Origin: an uncultured Actinomycetes bacterium
Lineage (GTDB): Bacteria; Actinomycetota; Acidimicrobiia; IMCC26256; PALSA-610
Assembly: GCA_963841215.1 (NCBI GenBank)
Contig: CAWJBW010000006.1
Coordinates: 83,379 to 147,378, forward strand
Reading direction: 5' to 3'
Length of the DNA stretch: 64,000 bases
A program made the position numbers and the translations under genes. This document shows, one piece after another, positions 39,967-51,308 of the stretch (position 1 is its first letter; every line of letters starts with the position of its first letter). The notes beneath the pieces are model-generated. The model was given only the letters and a program-made list of their open reading frames with translations. It was not told where the DNA came from and did no database searches.

Positions 39967-42900
39967 TCAGTCCAGATCGGCGAGGACCAAGGAGCGGCGG
40001 TGGCGCAGGAGCTCGGCGCCGCGGGGCTCGGCGAGCTCGGCGGCGAGGTCGAGCAGCTCGAGGGCCCGGTCGCGGTCTCCGAGTTCTCCCCGCCGCGCGT
40101 GCATCCAGGCCCGTTCCGTGGCGGCGATGGCCTGCCAGAGCGGGGCGCGCAGCCGCCGGGCGATGTCGTCGGCCAGATCGAACGACGCCTCGGCCCGGGC
40201 CCACTCACCGAGGAGCGCGTCGAGCTGACCGACCCGGACCGCGACCGACTCGTTCCAGTTGACCCCGTTGCCGACGATCGTCGAGGCGTTCGGTCGGAGG
40301 ACGTCGAGGAAGGCGGGAGCATGTTCCTTCGCTCCCGCCAGATTGACGAGGTCGGCGAGCGCGCACCACCCGGTGAGCAAGCGTGCCGTCGGGGGCCATG
40401 TCGCCGGGCGCGCGCAACATGTCGCTCACCACGGCCATGGCGTCATCGGTCCGGCCCGCCCGCTGGAGCATCAGGGCCAGGAACGTCGGGAGGCCGGGGA
40501 CGTCGGGGAAGACCTGGTGGACGCCTTCGAGGGTCTCGACGAGCACCTCGTAGTCGTCGTGCCACAGCTGGACCATCCCGATCTGCACCGAGTGGAACAG
40601 GGGCGCGTCGGGCTGACCGGCCGCCTGCCCGTGGGTCAGGGCCTCGTCGGCCACCTTCTGCGCGCCTTCGAGGTCGCCGCCGACCTCGAGCAGTCCTGCT
40701 CGGTGGAACCCGGCCATCCATCGCACGAGGGGCAGCCCGAGGTCCTCGGCCATCGAGTCGAAGTCGTCGGCCAGCCGCCAGGCCCGGTCGATGTCACAGC
40801 ACTCGACCGCGTGCACGATGCGACGGGGCTGGGCGAGGGCGTGCCAGACGGGATCGTCGATCACCTCACCGAGCTGATCGAGCTCCTCGTAGGCGCGGTG
40901 GCGCTGCTCGATGGTGCCGGGGGCCCAGATGCACAACCAGTAGTTCTGCAGGCACGCCGCGAGCGTTCTCGGTGAGCTCAGCCCGCGGGCCATCGCCACC
41001 GCGTCCTCCACCAGACCGCGGCGTCGTTCGTAGCTGCCGGGCGTGTAGTTCAGCGCCAACGCCAACTCCGAGGTGAGCAGGGCCTGCTCGATGCTCGCCT
41101 CGTCGCCCATGGCGTCGAGCGCGACCTCGATGGCGCGCACCCGCTCGTCGTCGGTCACGCCGATGGTGGCCGGCATCCCGCGATGGTCGGCGAGAAGTGC
41201 CCGCGCCGCACGTGCCGCATCGCCGAGCTCGTCCGCCAGTCGGGCCGCGTCGAGCAAGGTCGTACGGCATCGGGGATCGCCCAGCGCCCACTGCGCATGG
41301 CCGAGCTCGACCATCAGATCGCACTCCTCCGCATCCGCTCCGAGCCCGGCGCGCCGGCGCAGCGCCAGCGCGCGCTCGAGATGGGTCAGCGCTTCGCTGA
41401 AGGCCAGTCGCTCGGACGCGTCCCGCCCGGCGATCGTCGACCACTCGACGGCCTTGGCCACGTCGCCGTCGGCGGCGGCCGCTCCGTAGTGGAAGGCCAG
41501 GTCCCCCGGCCGCACGGTCGCTCGGGGAACGACGTTCTCGATCGCCTCGGCCACTCGACGATGGAGGACGGCGCGTCGCATCGCGGAGAGGTCCTCGTAC
41601 ACCGTCGTGCGCACCAGGGCGTGAGCGAACCGGAACGCGATGACCGGTCCCTGCACCTCCTCGATCAGCCGGGCTTCGGCGGCGGAACGCAGGGCCGGCT
41701 CGACGGTGGCGGCGTCGAAGCCGCCCGCCGCGACGAGGATGCGGATCTCGAACTGCTCGCCGATCGTCGCTCCCACTTCCAGCGCTGCGTTGGCGGTGTC
41801 GTCGAGCCTCGACAGTCGTCGCCTCACCACCTCGCGCACGCCGAGGGGGAGCGGCAGGTTCTCGCCAGGACGGGCGGCGACCCACTCGCCCTCCTTCTGG
41901 ACGATGGCGCCGGTCTCGACGAGGTTGCGGAGCGTCTCGGAGACGAAGAAGGCGTTGCCGCCCGTCGTGGTGTGGAGGGCGGACGCGAGCTCCGAGCCCC
42001 GCTCGTCCATGTCGTGCCCGGCGGCGTTCGACAGGAGGTGCAGCACATCGTTCACCGCGAGGCCGGCGAGCGGGATCGCGGAAGAACCGTCCGTGCGCAA
42101 CAGGTCCCCGAGGAGCCTCGGTCATCGGGTGCGATCGGTCCACGTCGCTGTCGCGATAGGTCGCGATCACGAGCAGCCTCGATGCATGGCTGCTCCCGAG
42201 CACGTGGCGCAGGAGCTCGATGGTCGGCCGGGTCGCCCACTGGAGGTCGTCGAGGACGAGCACGAGCGGGCTCGCCGCCGACGCGTCGGAGAGCCACAGG
42301 GCGACGGCCTCGTACAGCCGGTGACGTTCGGTGTCGGGGTCGGACTGGAGCGGATCGTCCAGCCCGCTGACCCGCTGCGGAAGCTCGGGGACGAGCCGAT
42401 GGAGATCGCCCCCGAAGCGACCGAGGGCAAGGGTCTCGACGTGATCGACGTAGTGCCGGAGCGCCTCCGCGAACGGTTGGTAGGGGATCGCGAGGCCCTC
42501 GTCGCACCGGCCGAACAGGACGAGCGCGGCCTGGTCGTGGAGCTCCCTGGCGATCTCGGCCACGAGCCTCGTCTTGCCGACACCGGGTTCGCCCGACAAG
42601 AAGCACGCCCGCCGGGTACCGGTCTTGGCGTCATCCCAGGCCGCGAGGAGCCGGGCCCGCTCGTCGTCTCGGCCGACGAACGCGAACTGGTCGGCGGCGA
42701 AGCAGGGACGGGGGCAGTGGCGCGGGAGACCCGGCCGCCTCCCACAGGATCTCGAACGCGGCCAACGGGTTCGGGGAGCCCCTTCAGGTCGAGCGCACCC
42801 ACGGCGACGAGGCGCGCGCCGGAGCGACTCCCCGCCAATGCCCGCACCGAGTCGCGGCAGAGGATCTGGTCCCCGTCGGCGGCGTCGCACAACCGTGCTG

Positions 42901-43252
42901 CCTCGACGACGGGCATGCCGTGCATGTCGTCCCCGTCGACGTGCACGTCGCCGACCGAGAGCCCCATGCGGACGTGGAGCCCGGCCGAGTGGACCGCCCG
43001 CCGCTCTGCATCGACGGCGCGCTGCAGCGCGACGGCACCTTCGATCGCGCCCGTCGCACTCTCGAAGACGGCCATGACCCCGTCGCCGAGGCCTTTGATG
43101 ACCGTCCCGTCGCACGCTGCGATGGTGTCGCGCACCAGGTCGTCGAAGGGCTCTCGCATCCGATCGGCGGCGGCGTCACCGACCGATGTTCTCCACCTCG
43201 TCGACCCCACGACATCCGTGAACAGCACGGCGAGGAGCCGGGTTCGGGCCAC
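39967..43252 (-). CDS. class III adenylate cyclase / AAA (STAND) ATPase / TPR-like multidomain protein without an HTH; several frame breaks
   Basis: N-terminal AVLFTDVVGSTR...IKGLGDGVMAVF...RMGLSVGDV cyclase core. Then FVGRDDERARL...LSGEPGVGKTRL...LVLDDLQWA. Then ~650 aa of TPR-like repeats in ORFs 40205..42100 and 39967..40380. Confidence 0.85.
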
Positions 43253-43295
43253 GGGGCATCGTAGGACCGAGAACAGCCGCGGAGGAGGGCGGACG

Positions 43296-44637
43296 TCAGC
43301 CTTGCGATGCGCCGAAGTCGCGGGGCGCTCCGGAGGTGGAGGTGCTTGCGATGGCGGTGATCGCGAGGTCGAGGTCGCAGCGGCCGCCTTCTGCGGTGGC
43401 GATGGTGTCTGCGTCGATGGTCGAGTCGACGGGAAGTTGCTCGTGCGCGGGTCGGGGGCGTTCGCCGATCTCGTTGATGGTGCGGCCGTGGGGGCCGATG
43501 AACGTGAGGTTCGGTGATTCCGCGGAATCGCCGTAGATGCGCCAGCCGCCTTCGTGCACGAGGCGGTGGTGGAACGCGCACAAGGTCAGGCAGTTGTCGA
43601 CGTCGGTGGGTCCGCCGCCGGCGAACGGCACGATGTGATGCACGTGGTGGTGTGCCCGGTGGGTGCAGCCGGGGAACCGGCAGCCGTGGTCGCGGGCCTC
43701 GATGATGCGGCGTAGCGCGACGGGGACGGTCCGGGTGCGGCGACCGACCCGTTTGGTGCCGTCGGCCTCGTGTACGACGAGCCGGAGGCCGGTGTCGCAG
43801 GTGAGCCGTTCGAGCACCGGTGATCGGTCGGAGTCGGTGAGCTGGTCGGCGTCGACGTGGACGACGGTCTCGGTAGGTGGCCGCGCCGCGTTCCCGGCGA
43901 GGTAGGAGTGGGCCAAGTGTTCGAGCGCGTCGGCGCGCCGCGATTCCGCGGAATCGTGGTCGGGATCGGCCGGCACCTCCGTCGCGGCCTGCGTCAACGC
44001 GCTGAGCACCGTTTCGGCGGCGTCGCGCGGGAGGCGAGCCACGATGGTGACCATGCCGTCGTCGTCGTGATGGACGGTCACGCTGACGCGCCGCGACCTG
44101 CGCGGCGGCGGTGTCCCGGTTCACCGAGACCCGTTCGTAGGTGCGGATCGGTGCGCTCGAGCTGCGCCGCGGTGGCGACCTCGGCGAACTCGACCAGCTT
44201 CGCTTCAGTGCGCAGGCGTCGCGATTCGGACCAGCGGCCCGTACTTTGGAATACGACAGCACGCCTGCTGCGAACCGGTCGCAGATGACCGGTAGCTGCG
44301 TCAGAGCTCGGGCGACTCGGACGTGTTGACGGCCGGCGACGACGCCGAGCCCGCACTTCCACGACAGCCATTGCGCCATCGACGCGCATCCCCACAACTC
44401 CGGGCACAGCCGCCGGCGCTCGATCACGGTGGACGTGCGGCAACCCGGTACGACGGCTTGCGCCTGGCTGCTCATGCGCCTTCCGGCGGTCGAGCTCGCC
44501 GATCAGCAACAGCCAGCGGCACGTCGCCGCCGACAGCTGCCCGGCCAGCGTGCACACGTCCGCCTCCAGCCGCTCGGTCGTGCACGCCCACGCCATCCGG
44601 AACCGTACTCCGCCGCCGTCACGGCCACTGCGACCAT
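43296..44637 (-). CDS. DUF222 / HNH endonuclease protein (REP13E12-like family); several frame breaks
   Basis: GGAGG lies 4 nt before the ATG at 44637. The C-terminal ORF 43296..44081 carries RIIEARDHGCRFPGCTHRAHHHVHHIVPFAGGGPTDVDNCLTLCAFHHRLVHEGGW (HNH). The N-terminal DUF222 part is split over three frames. Confidence 0.8.
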
Positions 44638-44662
44638 CGCGCCTCCTGCCTGCTGCTTCACC

Positions 44663-44676
44663 CGAACATACGTTCG
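44663..44676. promoter_or_regulatory. Cheo-type LexA (SOS) box CGAACATACGTTCG upstream of the DUF222-HNH gene
   Basis: Exact match to CGAAC-N4-GTTCG, 26 nt upstream of the ATG at 44637. Confidence 0.55.
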
Positions 44677-44762
44677 TATCGTACCGACCGGGTGAGACAC
44701 TCAGACCGCGGCCATGGTTCGGGCATCCCGCGTCAGCGGTCCGGAGAACGGGGCGGGCTCGG

Positions 44763-47583
44763 TCAGCTGCTCACGTACTCGATGTGAAGGATCGCAGCGC
44801 CTGCTCCTCCGTCGAACGAGTCCGCGACGCGGCGGCCGGAGCCCCTGACGACGAGTGACAGCGCGTTGCCCGACGCCCAACCGGGTCGGTCGACGATCTC
44901 CTGCAGCACGGGCGCGAGGTTGGGAGTTCGCTGCGTCGGGCCCTGCTGGTTCACCACTGTCCAGGGCGACGGGATCCACGACGCCGACGCCGTCGTACGG
45001 GCGGCTTGCGACACGCTGAACCGGACCGTCGTGAAGGCGCCTGCATTGTCGGCTGCCAACGCGTTGACGGTGAGGTTCGTCGCGTCCGACGACACCTCGT
45101 CGGCGCGGAACTGCACGTACGCGTTCGCGATGGCCGTGCCGCGTGCGATGCCGACTGCCGTGAACCTCAGGCCGACCGCGCTCTGGACGGTGGAACTGTC
45201 GAGCATCATCTCGAGGTCGCTGCTCGTCATGTCTATGAACCCGTCGGAGGCCCGCTCCTCGACGTCGTCGCCCGCGGCTCGGATCGGGATATCGAGTGTG
45301 AGGATTGTCCCCGTGTTGTTCACCGTTACCGGTACTTGTGCCGACGTCGTGCTGAGGCCGGCCCGGTTGGTCGCGCGAGCGGTGAGAGCGTGGCTGCCGT
45401 TCGTCGTGCCTGCAGTGTTCCACGAGACCGACCAGCCGTCGGCTCCGTTCGTGTCGGATCCGATGTTCGTGGTGCCGTCGACGAAGAACGTCACCGACGC
45501 GAGACCTTGAGCGTCAGCGGCGCCCGAGACCACGGAGGTCGTGCCGGAAACTGTCGCTCCCGACGACGGCGAGGTGATCGTTGCGGAAGGCGGGCTGTTG
45601 TCGACGGTGACGTTGTTGGTGTCGCTGCGCAGTCTGGTTGGCAGTATCGGTTGCCGTTGCCTTGATCACGTGCGCGCCGTCGGCCGCGGTCGTCGTGTTC
45701 CATGGGATCGACCAGCCGTTGGTGCCGTCCGTGTCCGTGCCGAGAACGGTCGTGCCGTCGAAGAACTCGACCTTCGTCACGCCGGCGGCATCCGATGCGC
45801 CCGCCTGGATCGACACGGCCGCCCCGGAAACGGCGCTGCCTTCGGCCGGGCTGTTGATCGAGACCGTCGGAGGTGTGTCAACGGGACTCGATCCGCCGAT
45901 CGAGACCTCGACGATCTTGCCGTCGTTCTCGTTCGAGTTCGAGCCATTGTCGACGCCGCGGCTCGCGATCCAGAAGTCCTTCCGGGCGGGATTGTCGATC
46001 GCGGGCGCCACGGTGAGCCCGGAGAGCACCAGGTAGTCCCCGACCTTCGCGTTGATGATGCGTATCAGTGATCCGGACTTCGTCACCTCATAGATCTTCC
46101 GGGACGTCCGGTCGCCGACGAGCAAGGTGTCGTTGGTCGGGTTGTAGGCGAGACCTTCGCTGTCGGTCGCGCCGAAGGTGCCGACGTCGAAGTGCGTCCA
46201 CGTGATCGTTGCCGTCGCCGAACACCCCGTTCACCGGATTGATGTCGTAGACCTCGGTGCTGACGGCGTCGGAGAGGAACAGGTGACCGGAGACGGGGTC
46301 GAATGCCGGGTCTTCCGTGTCGCTGCTGGCAAGGGGCTTCGCGTCGATGAACGTTCGGATGTCGTCGGCGTTGCCGAAGCGCCCGTCCGGGCCGGGCTTG
46401 ACGACGTGGACGCGACGCCCGCTGTCGTCGGAGATGAACAGCGTGTTGGTGCCGGCATCGAAGGCCACGCCCGTCGGTTCCTTCGAGTACGCCGGGAACG
46501 TCGTGCCCGTATCGGTGACCGCGCCCGCCCTCGTCGTCTGCCACATGTTCACGCCGTGGTAGCCGGCGCCGGTGACCTCTTCGACCTCCGAGTCCACGAT
46601 GTGGAGCCGGTCGGTGCCCGGCAGGTACGTGACACCGGATGGGTCCGGGCTTCCGGGGTTGAACGCGGAGGTGGCGATCGTCTGCACGAGCGTCGCGTTG
46701 ATCGTGGGCACGGCGACGGCGGCCGCGGCCGCGAGCGTCACTTCGGTGATGCCACCGAGTGACTGCGCGCCGCCGGCGTGCGCGACGAACAGGTTCTGCT
46801 TTGCCGGCCGGTCGGTCGTGTCCGCGCTGGGAGCAAACGTCATCGCGGTCGGGTTGCGAAGTCCGAGCGACGCGAGATCAAAGATTCTCTTCGTCGTTCC
46901 GGAAGTGTCGAGCCCGTAGACGCGGTGCTGATCCGGGCTGCCGACGTAGAGCAATCCATCCGCCGGGTTGAACGCCAGACCACGCAGCGTGCCGTTACCG
47001 AGCTCCTGCAGGGAGATGCGCGTCGCCCGACGATCGCTGGCGCGGCGGTTCGGCACGCGCACGATGTCGCGCGTTCGCGCGTCGAGCACGTACCACGTAC
47101 CGGTAGCCGGGTCGAAGGTGGATCCCTTCGCGTCCTGGACCTTCAGGTCGCGAGATGCTGTTGCGCTTCACGCCGGGCCGCGACGTCGACATATCGGATC
47201 CGGGAGCGGCCACGACCTCACCGTTCGAGACCGCCGTGACCTCGTTTGCCTTCGCGTCGTACGCGACCGTCGACGAGTTCGACAGCGCGGGGAGTTGGAG
47301 TGAGCCCTGCACCTGCTCGTCGAAGTCCAGACGCACGAGCGTCGTTTGCGAGGCGCCGACCTCGCCGACGAGGAGTTCGGCTCGGTTCGCGAGGTGCGTC
47401 AGCTCGGTCGGACGAGAGACGCCGAACTCGCTGGTCCATGTCGTACGGACCTCACGAGCCTGCTGGACGGGCACTGCGCTCGCAGCCTCGGCAGCGTCGG
47501 TCGCGACGGCGGGAACGACGAGGGCCGACACGACCGCCAACGACCGCCGACAGCGCGATCCGGGACGATCCCAATGCGCGCAT
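44763..47583 (-). CDS. giant secreted protein: signal peptide, beta-propeller-like region, two Ig-like domains and a C-terminal domain; several frame breaks
   Basis: GAGGAG precedes the ATG at 47583. Signal peptide MRALGSSRIALSAVVGG.../VVSALVVPAVATDAAEA. Propeller-like part is in ORF 46088..47089. Two related units are VTKVEFFDGTTVLGTDTDGTNGWSIPWNTTTAADGAHV and VTFFVDGTTNIGSDTNGADGWSVSWNTAGTTNGSHAL. Confidence 0.7.
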
Positions 47584-47766
47584 GCCCGTCTCCTCGCGAT
47601 GCGCCTCGTCCACCTGCCAAGGCGGACAGCAGAGAGCGCATGCCCCCGCTTCGTTCGACGGTAGGCAGCACGCCGCCGGCCGCGCGTCAGGCGCGTGAGG
47701 GTCGTTCGCTACGACAAATGCATGAGACGCAGCCCGCGAGGGCTCGGTCGATGGCCGGCCGGCAGG

Positions 47767-48234
47767 TCAGGGCAGGTCGATGGTGCCCCGAAGGGCGAGG
47801 GTGAAGGTGCCGGTCGGATCTTCCGGGCCGCAGGCATCTTCGAAGCGTCCGCTCGCCCGGTAGCGGCCGCTGCCGGTGACGCCCTCGTACTCGCCGGTGC
47901 CCTCGGTGATGATGTAGACGCCGGTCTCGTGGAAGCTGCCGGTGCACGTCCGCTCGTTGAAGTGGTCGTGGCCACGGGACGGAACGTGGATGACGGTCAA
48001 GGTCCCGGCCGGGAACACGAACTGGTCCTCCGTGTCGCTGATGACGATGTCCTCGCCGACGGCGTCGATCACTCCGGTCGCGATGATGGTGCCGCCCTCG
48101 ACGTTGATGTCGTTGGTGAGGCTGAAGTTCTGCCTCGTGTTCGGCGCCGAGGACGCCGTGCCTGGCGCAAGACCCACCACGCTCAGCGCGGCGATCATCA
48201 GCACGATGGTGATATGGCGTAGTCGCATGAGCAC
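47767..48234 (-). CDS. small secreted hypothetical protein
   Basis: Intact 155-aa ORF with signal peptide MLMRLRHITIVLMIAALSVVGLAPGTASS. Confidence 0.65.
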   Translation of the reverse strand: MLMRLRHITIVLMIAALSVVGLAPGTASSAPNTRQNFSLTNDINVEGGTIIATGVIDAVGEDIVISDTEDQFVFPAGTLTVIHVPSRGHDHFNERTCTGSFHETGVYIITEGTGEYEGVTGSGRYRASGRFEDACGPEDPTGTFTLALRGTIDLP

Positions 48235-48343
48235 TCTCCCCCCTCGAGTTGCGCCGAAGGCTTGCAGTCACATGCGAGAACCGCAAGTACCTTGCCTGTC
48301 CGTGGGTCAGGACCTCGTCGCCTCGAGATCGTAAGGAGCGAAT

Positions 48344-48703
48344 GTGCGCATCACGGGAGTCACCGCGAACCTGCCCGTCGCCGACATCGAAGCGGCGCGC
48401 GGCTTCTACACCGACTATCTCGGACTGGACGTCGAGGGGTTCAACCTCGGATGGGTTGCGCGCTATTCGTCGCCCGACGGGCACGCGTGCGTCCAGCTCG
48501 TGACCCGAGACGCCACAAGCCCTGAAGACTCAGTGATCTCGGTGCACGCCGGGAACGACGTCGACGAGGCTTACGCGGAAGCGCAGCGCCTCGGTTACGA
48601 GATCGTTCACCCGCTGACCGACGAACCGTGGGGCATCCGCAGGTTCTTCGTGCGCGCCCCGGACGGGAACGTGATCAACGTCGCCAGCCATCGAGACGAG
48701 TAG
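48344..48703 (+). CDS. VOC (glyoxalase/bleomycin-resistance) family protein
   Basis: AAGGAG precedes the GTG at 48344. FYTDYLGLDV and PWGIRRFFVRAPDGNVINV motifs. Intact. Confidence 0.85.
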   Translation: MRITGVTANLPVADIEAARGFYTDYLGLDVEGFNLGWVARYSSPDGHACVQLVTRDATSPEDSVISVHAGNDVDEAYAEAQRLGYEIVHPLTDEPWGIRRFFVRAPDGNVINVASHRDE

Positions 48704-48746
48704 CACGGATGCTCGTGCGCGCGTGCATGGAGGTGGTGAGGACCGG

Positions 48747-50784
48747 ATGAATCCGTTCGTGGCCGATCTTCGGGAGCCGGCAGCGGTCGACCCTGCGCTC
48801 ACCGGCGGCAAGGCCGCCGCACTTGCCCGCGCTGCGAACCGCGGCATCGTGACGTTGCCCGGCATGGTCCTGACCACGGCGTTCTCGGACGCCGTCGACG
48901 CCGGCGCCGACATCGCCCTGCATCCCGCGGTACGCGAGGTCTTCGAAGGCGCGGGCGGCGGGCTGCACCGATCTCGTGGCGCGCAGCTCATCGGTCGTCG
49001 AAGACACGAGCGCGTCCTCGATGGCCGGTCAGTTCGATTCGGTCATCGGGATCCGCGGCTTCAATGCGTTCGTCGCCGCGGTCGAGAAGGTTCTGGCCTC
49101 CCGCGAGCGTGCCGGCGCGCTCGACAGTCCCATCGCGGTGCTCGTCCAGCCGTTGATCGAGCCTGCCTTCGGTGGCGTGCTGTTCGGCGTCGACCCGGTT
49201 ACGGGGCGTAGCGACCGCCGGGTCGTGAATGCCGTGCAAGGCGGTCCGGAGCCGCTCGTGAGCGGCGAGATCAACGGCTCCCACTACGAGCTCACCGCCA
49301 AGGGAAACGTGATCGAGTTCGAAGCGAACGACGGCCCCACCCTCAGTCGCCCGGTGCTGCGCCGGCTCGTCGGGCTCTCGCGTGAGGTCGAGCGGGTGTT
49401 CGGGATGCCGCAAGATGTCGAATGGGCGATCGGCACGGACGGAACGTTGTGGTTGTTGCAGTCGCGGCCGGTCACCACCGAGGTACGGGGCATCCCGGTT
49501 GGTCCGATCTACGGTCCCGGGCCGGTCGCCGAGACCTTTCCCGAGCCGCTCTCCGAACTCGAGGACGACCTCTGGGTTCCGCCCCTGCGCGACGCGGTGC
49601 GTGAGGCGGTCCTGCTCGCCGGCAGCGCGACCCGCAGCGAGGTCGACGCGAGCCAGGTCGTCATCGCCGTCGACGGACACGTCGCCATCGATCTGCGTCT
49701 CGCCGGCGAGTTGGTTCCGAAGCGAACCGTCGCGCACCGGCTCAATCCGATCCCTGCCATCCAGCGCTTGCGCGGCGCGTGGCGCGTCGGACGGTTGCGT
49801 TCGGCAATACCGCGCCTGTCCGAGCGTCTGTTGGACCGAGTGGACGCCGATCTCGAGGCGGTTCCTTCTCTCGACGACTTGACGAGCCGCCAACTGATCG
49901 CGCTGCTGCAGCGCGGCGGCACGATCCTCCGCGCACTGCACGCGCACGAGATCCTCATGGGCATGCTCACCGACACCGGTCAGAACCGCATGACCGGTGC
50001 GTCGGTTGCCTTACGCGTCCTCGTCGAGGCCCGACAGGACGGCCTCACCGACGAAGAAGTCTTGGCTCGGAGTCCGATCGTGCTGGCGCTCACGGCGCCG
50101 AAGGTTGCGCCGGAACCGACGTTGCCACCGCACGCGGCAGCGATCCACCTCGGTTCCGACGAGCGGAGCGGGAACGACAACGGCATCATTCGCGAAGCGT
50201 TGCGCTTGCGCGTGCGCTGGATCCAAGAGCTGTCCGGTCGAGCGGCGTGGGAGCTCGGCGAGCGCCTTGCCGCGTCGGGGGAACTCACGGAGCCCGAACT
50301 CGTTCGGCACCTGAACCTCGAACACCTCGAAGCGGTCGCCATGAAGCGGGCGGTCGTCATCCCCGAGCTCGTCCAGAGGCACGACCACGACTTCGGTGCG
50401 CCGCTGCCCGCTCGCTTCCAATTGTCGGACCGCGGGAGGGTCGTGCGAGTCCACGTCGCGCCGGAGATGGGCGGCGGTACGGCCGCCGGCGGCGGAATCG
50501 GGCGTGGACCCGTTACGTTCGACGCCGACGATCCGCCGCAAGGGTCTGTGCTCGTGACCACGACACTCACGCCCGGTTTGGGGCCGCTGCTGTCACGGCT
50601 CAGCGGCATCGTCGCCGAAACCGGTTCGGTCCTGTCACACCTCGCGATCCTCGCTCGGGAAGCAGGAGTCGCCACGGTGGTGGGTTACGGGCGTGCGACC
50701 GAAGATCTTCCCGAAGGTGCGGTCGTAACAGTCAACGGCGAGACCGGCCAGGTGACCATCGAAGGCGAGGAGAGCACACCATGA
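48747..50784 (+). CDS. PEP-utilising enzyme with ATP-grasp (PPDK_N) and swivelling His domains, rifampin-phosphotransferase-like architecture; frame break near 48965
   Basis: LTGGKAAALARA...ARSSSVVEDTSASSMAGQFDSV...DVEWAI...LLQSRPVT at the N-terminus. C-terminal mobile domain TTLTPGLGPLL...ETGSVLSHLAILAREAGVATVVG. Confidence 0.85.
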
Positions 50785-51308
50785 AGATGATTGCCTGGCT
50801 CGCGGGCATCGGAACGCTCATCGGCGGCGGCGTCTACATGATCGTCTCGCTGAACCGGTGGGAATGGAACCGCGCGCTGTTCTTCGGCCTCATCGTCGTC
50901 ATCGCCGAGATCGGTCTCGCAACGGGACTCGTGCTGCGGCGGCTCAGCCGCATCGAGCACCGCGCCGAGGTCGATCCCGAGATCGCAGAGATCTTCCGCT
51001 CCACGCGACCACCGTCGCGGGACCGGTTCGCCTGGCTCTCGAAGTCGACCGGCAAGTTCAACGTCTTCATCACGTTCATCGTCGGTGGCGGGCTCATCTT
51101 GTCGGGCGTCGCTTGGATCGTCGATCGCATCAGCGCAAAAACGTCGACGCCGAAGGGTGAACAACGCCTCGCAGCCGAGCTCGGACCGATCAGTTACCCG
51201 CGGGGCGGTCTGCTCGTCGACGACATCACCGCGCTGGCGCAGGACGTCCCCGGTGCCGACGACGCACAGATCCGCAAGCTGTTGCGCCGCGCCGGTCATG
51301 GATCATGA
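50781..51308 (+). CDS. three-TM membrane protein translationally coupled to the PEP-utilising enzyme
   Basis: The ATG at 50781 overlaps the upstream stop (ATGA). Hydrophobic helices at the N-terminus (two) and around FNVFITFIVGGGLILSGVAWIV. Confidence 0.7.
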   Translation: MKMIAWLAGIGTLIGGGVYMIVSLNRWEWNRALFFGLIVVIAEIGLATGLVLRRLSRIEHRAEVDPEIAEIFRSTRPPSRDRFAWLSKSTGKFNVFITFIVGGGLILSGVAWIVDRISAKTSTPKGEQRLAAELGPISYPRGGLLVDDITALAQDVPGADDAQIRKLLRRAGHGS

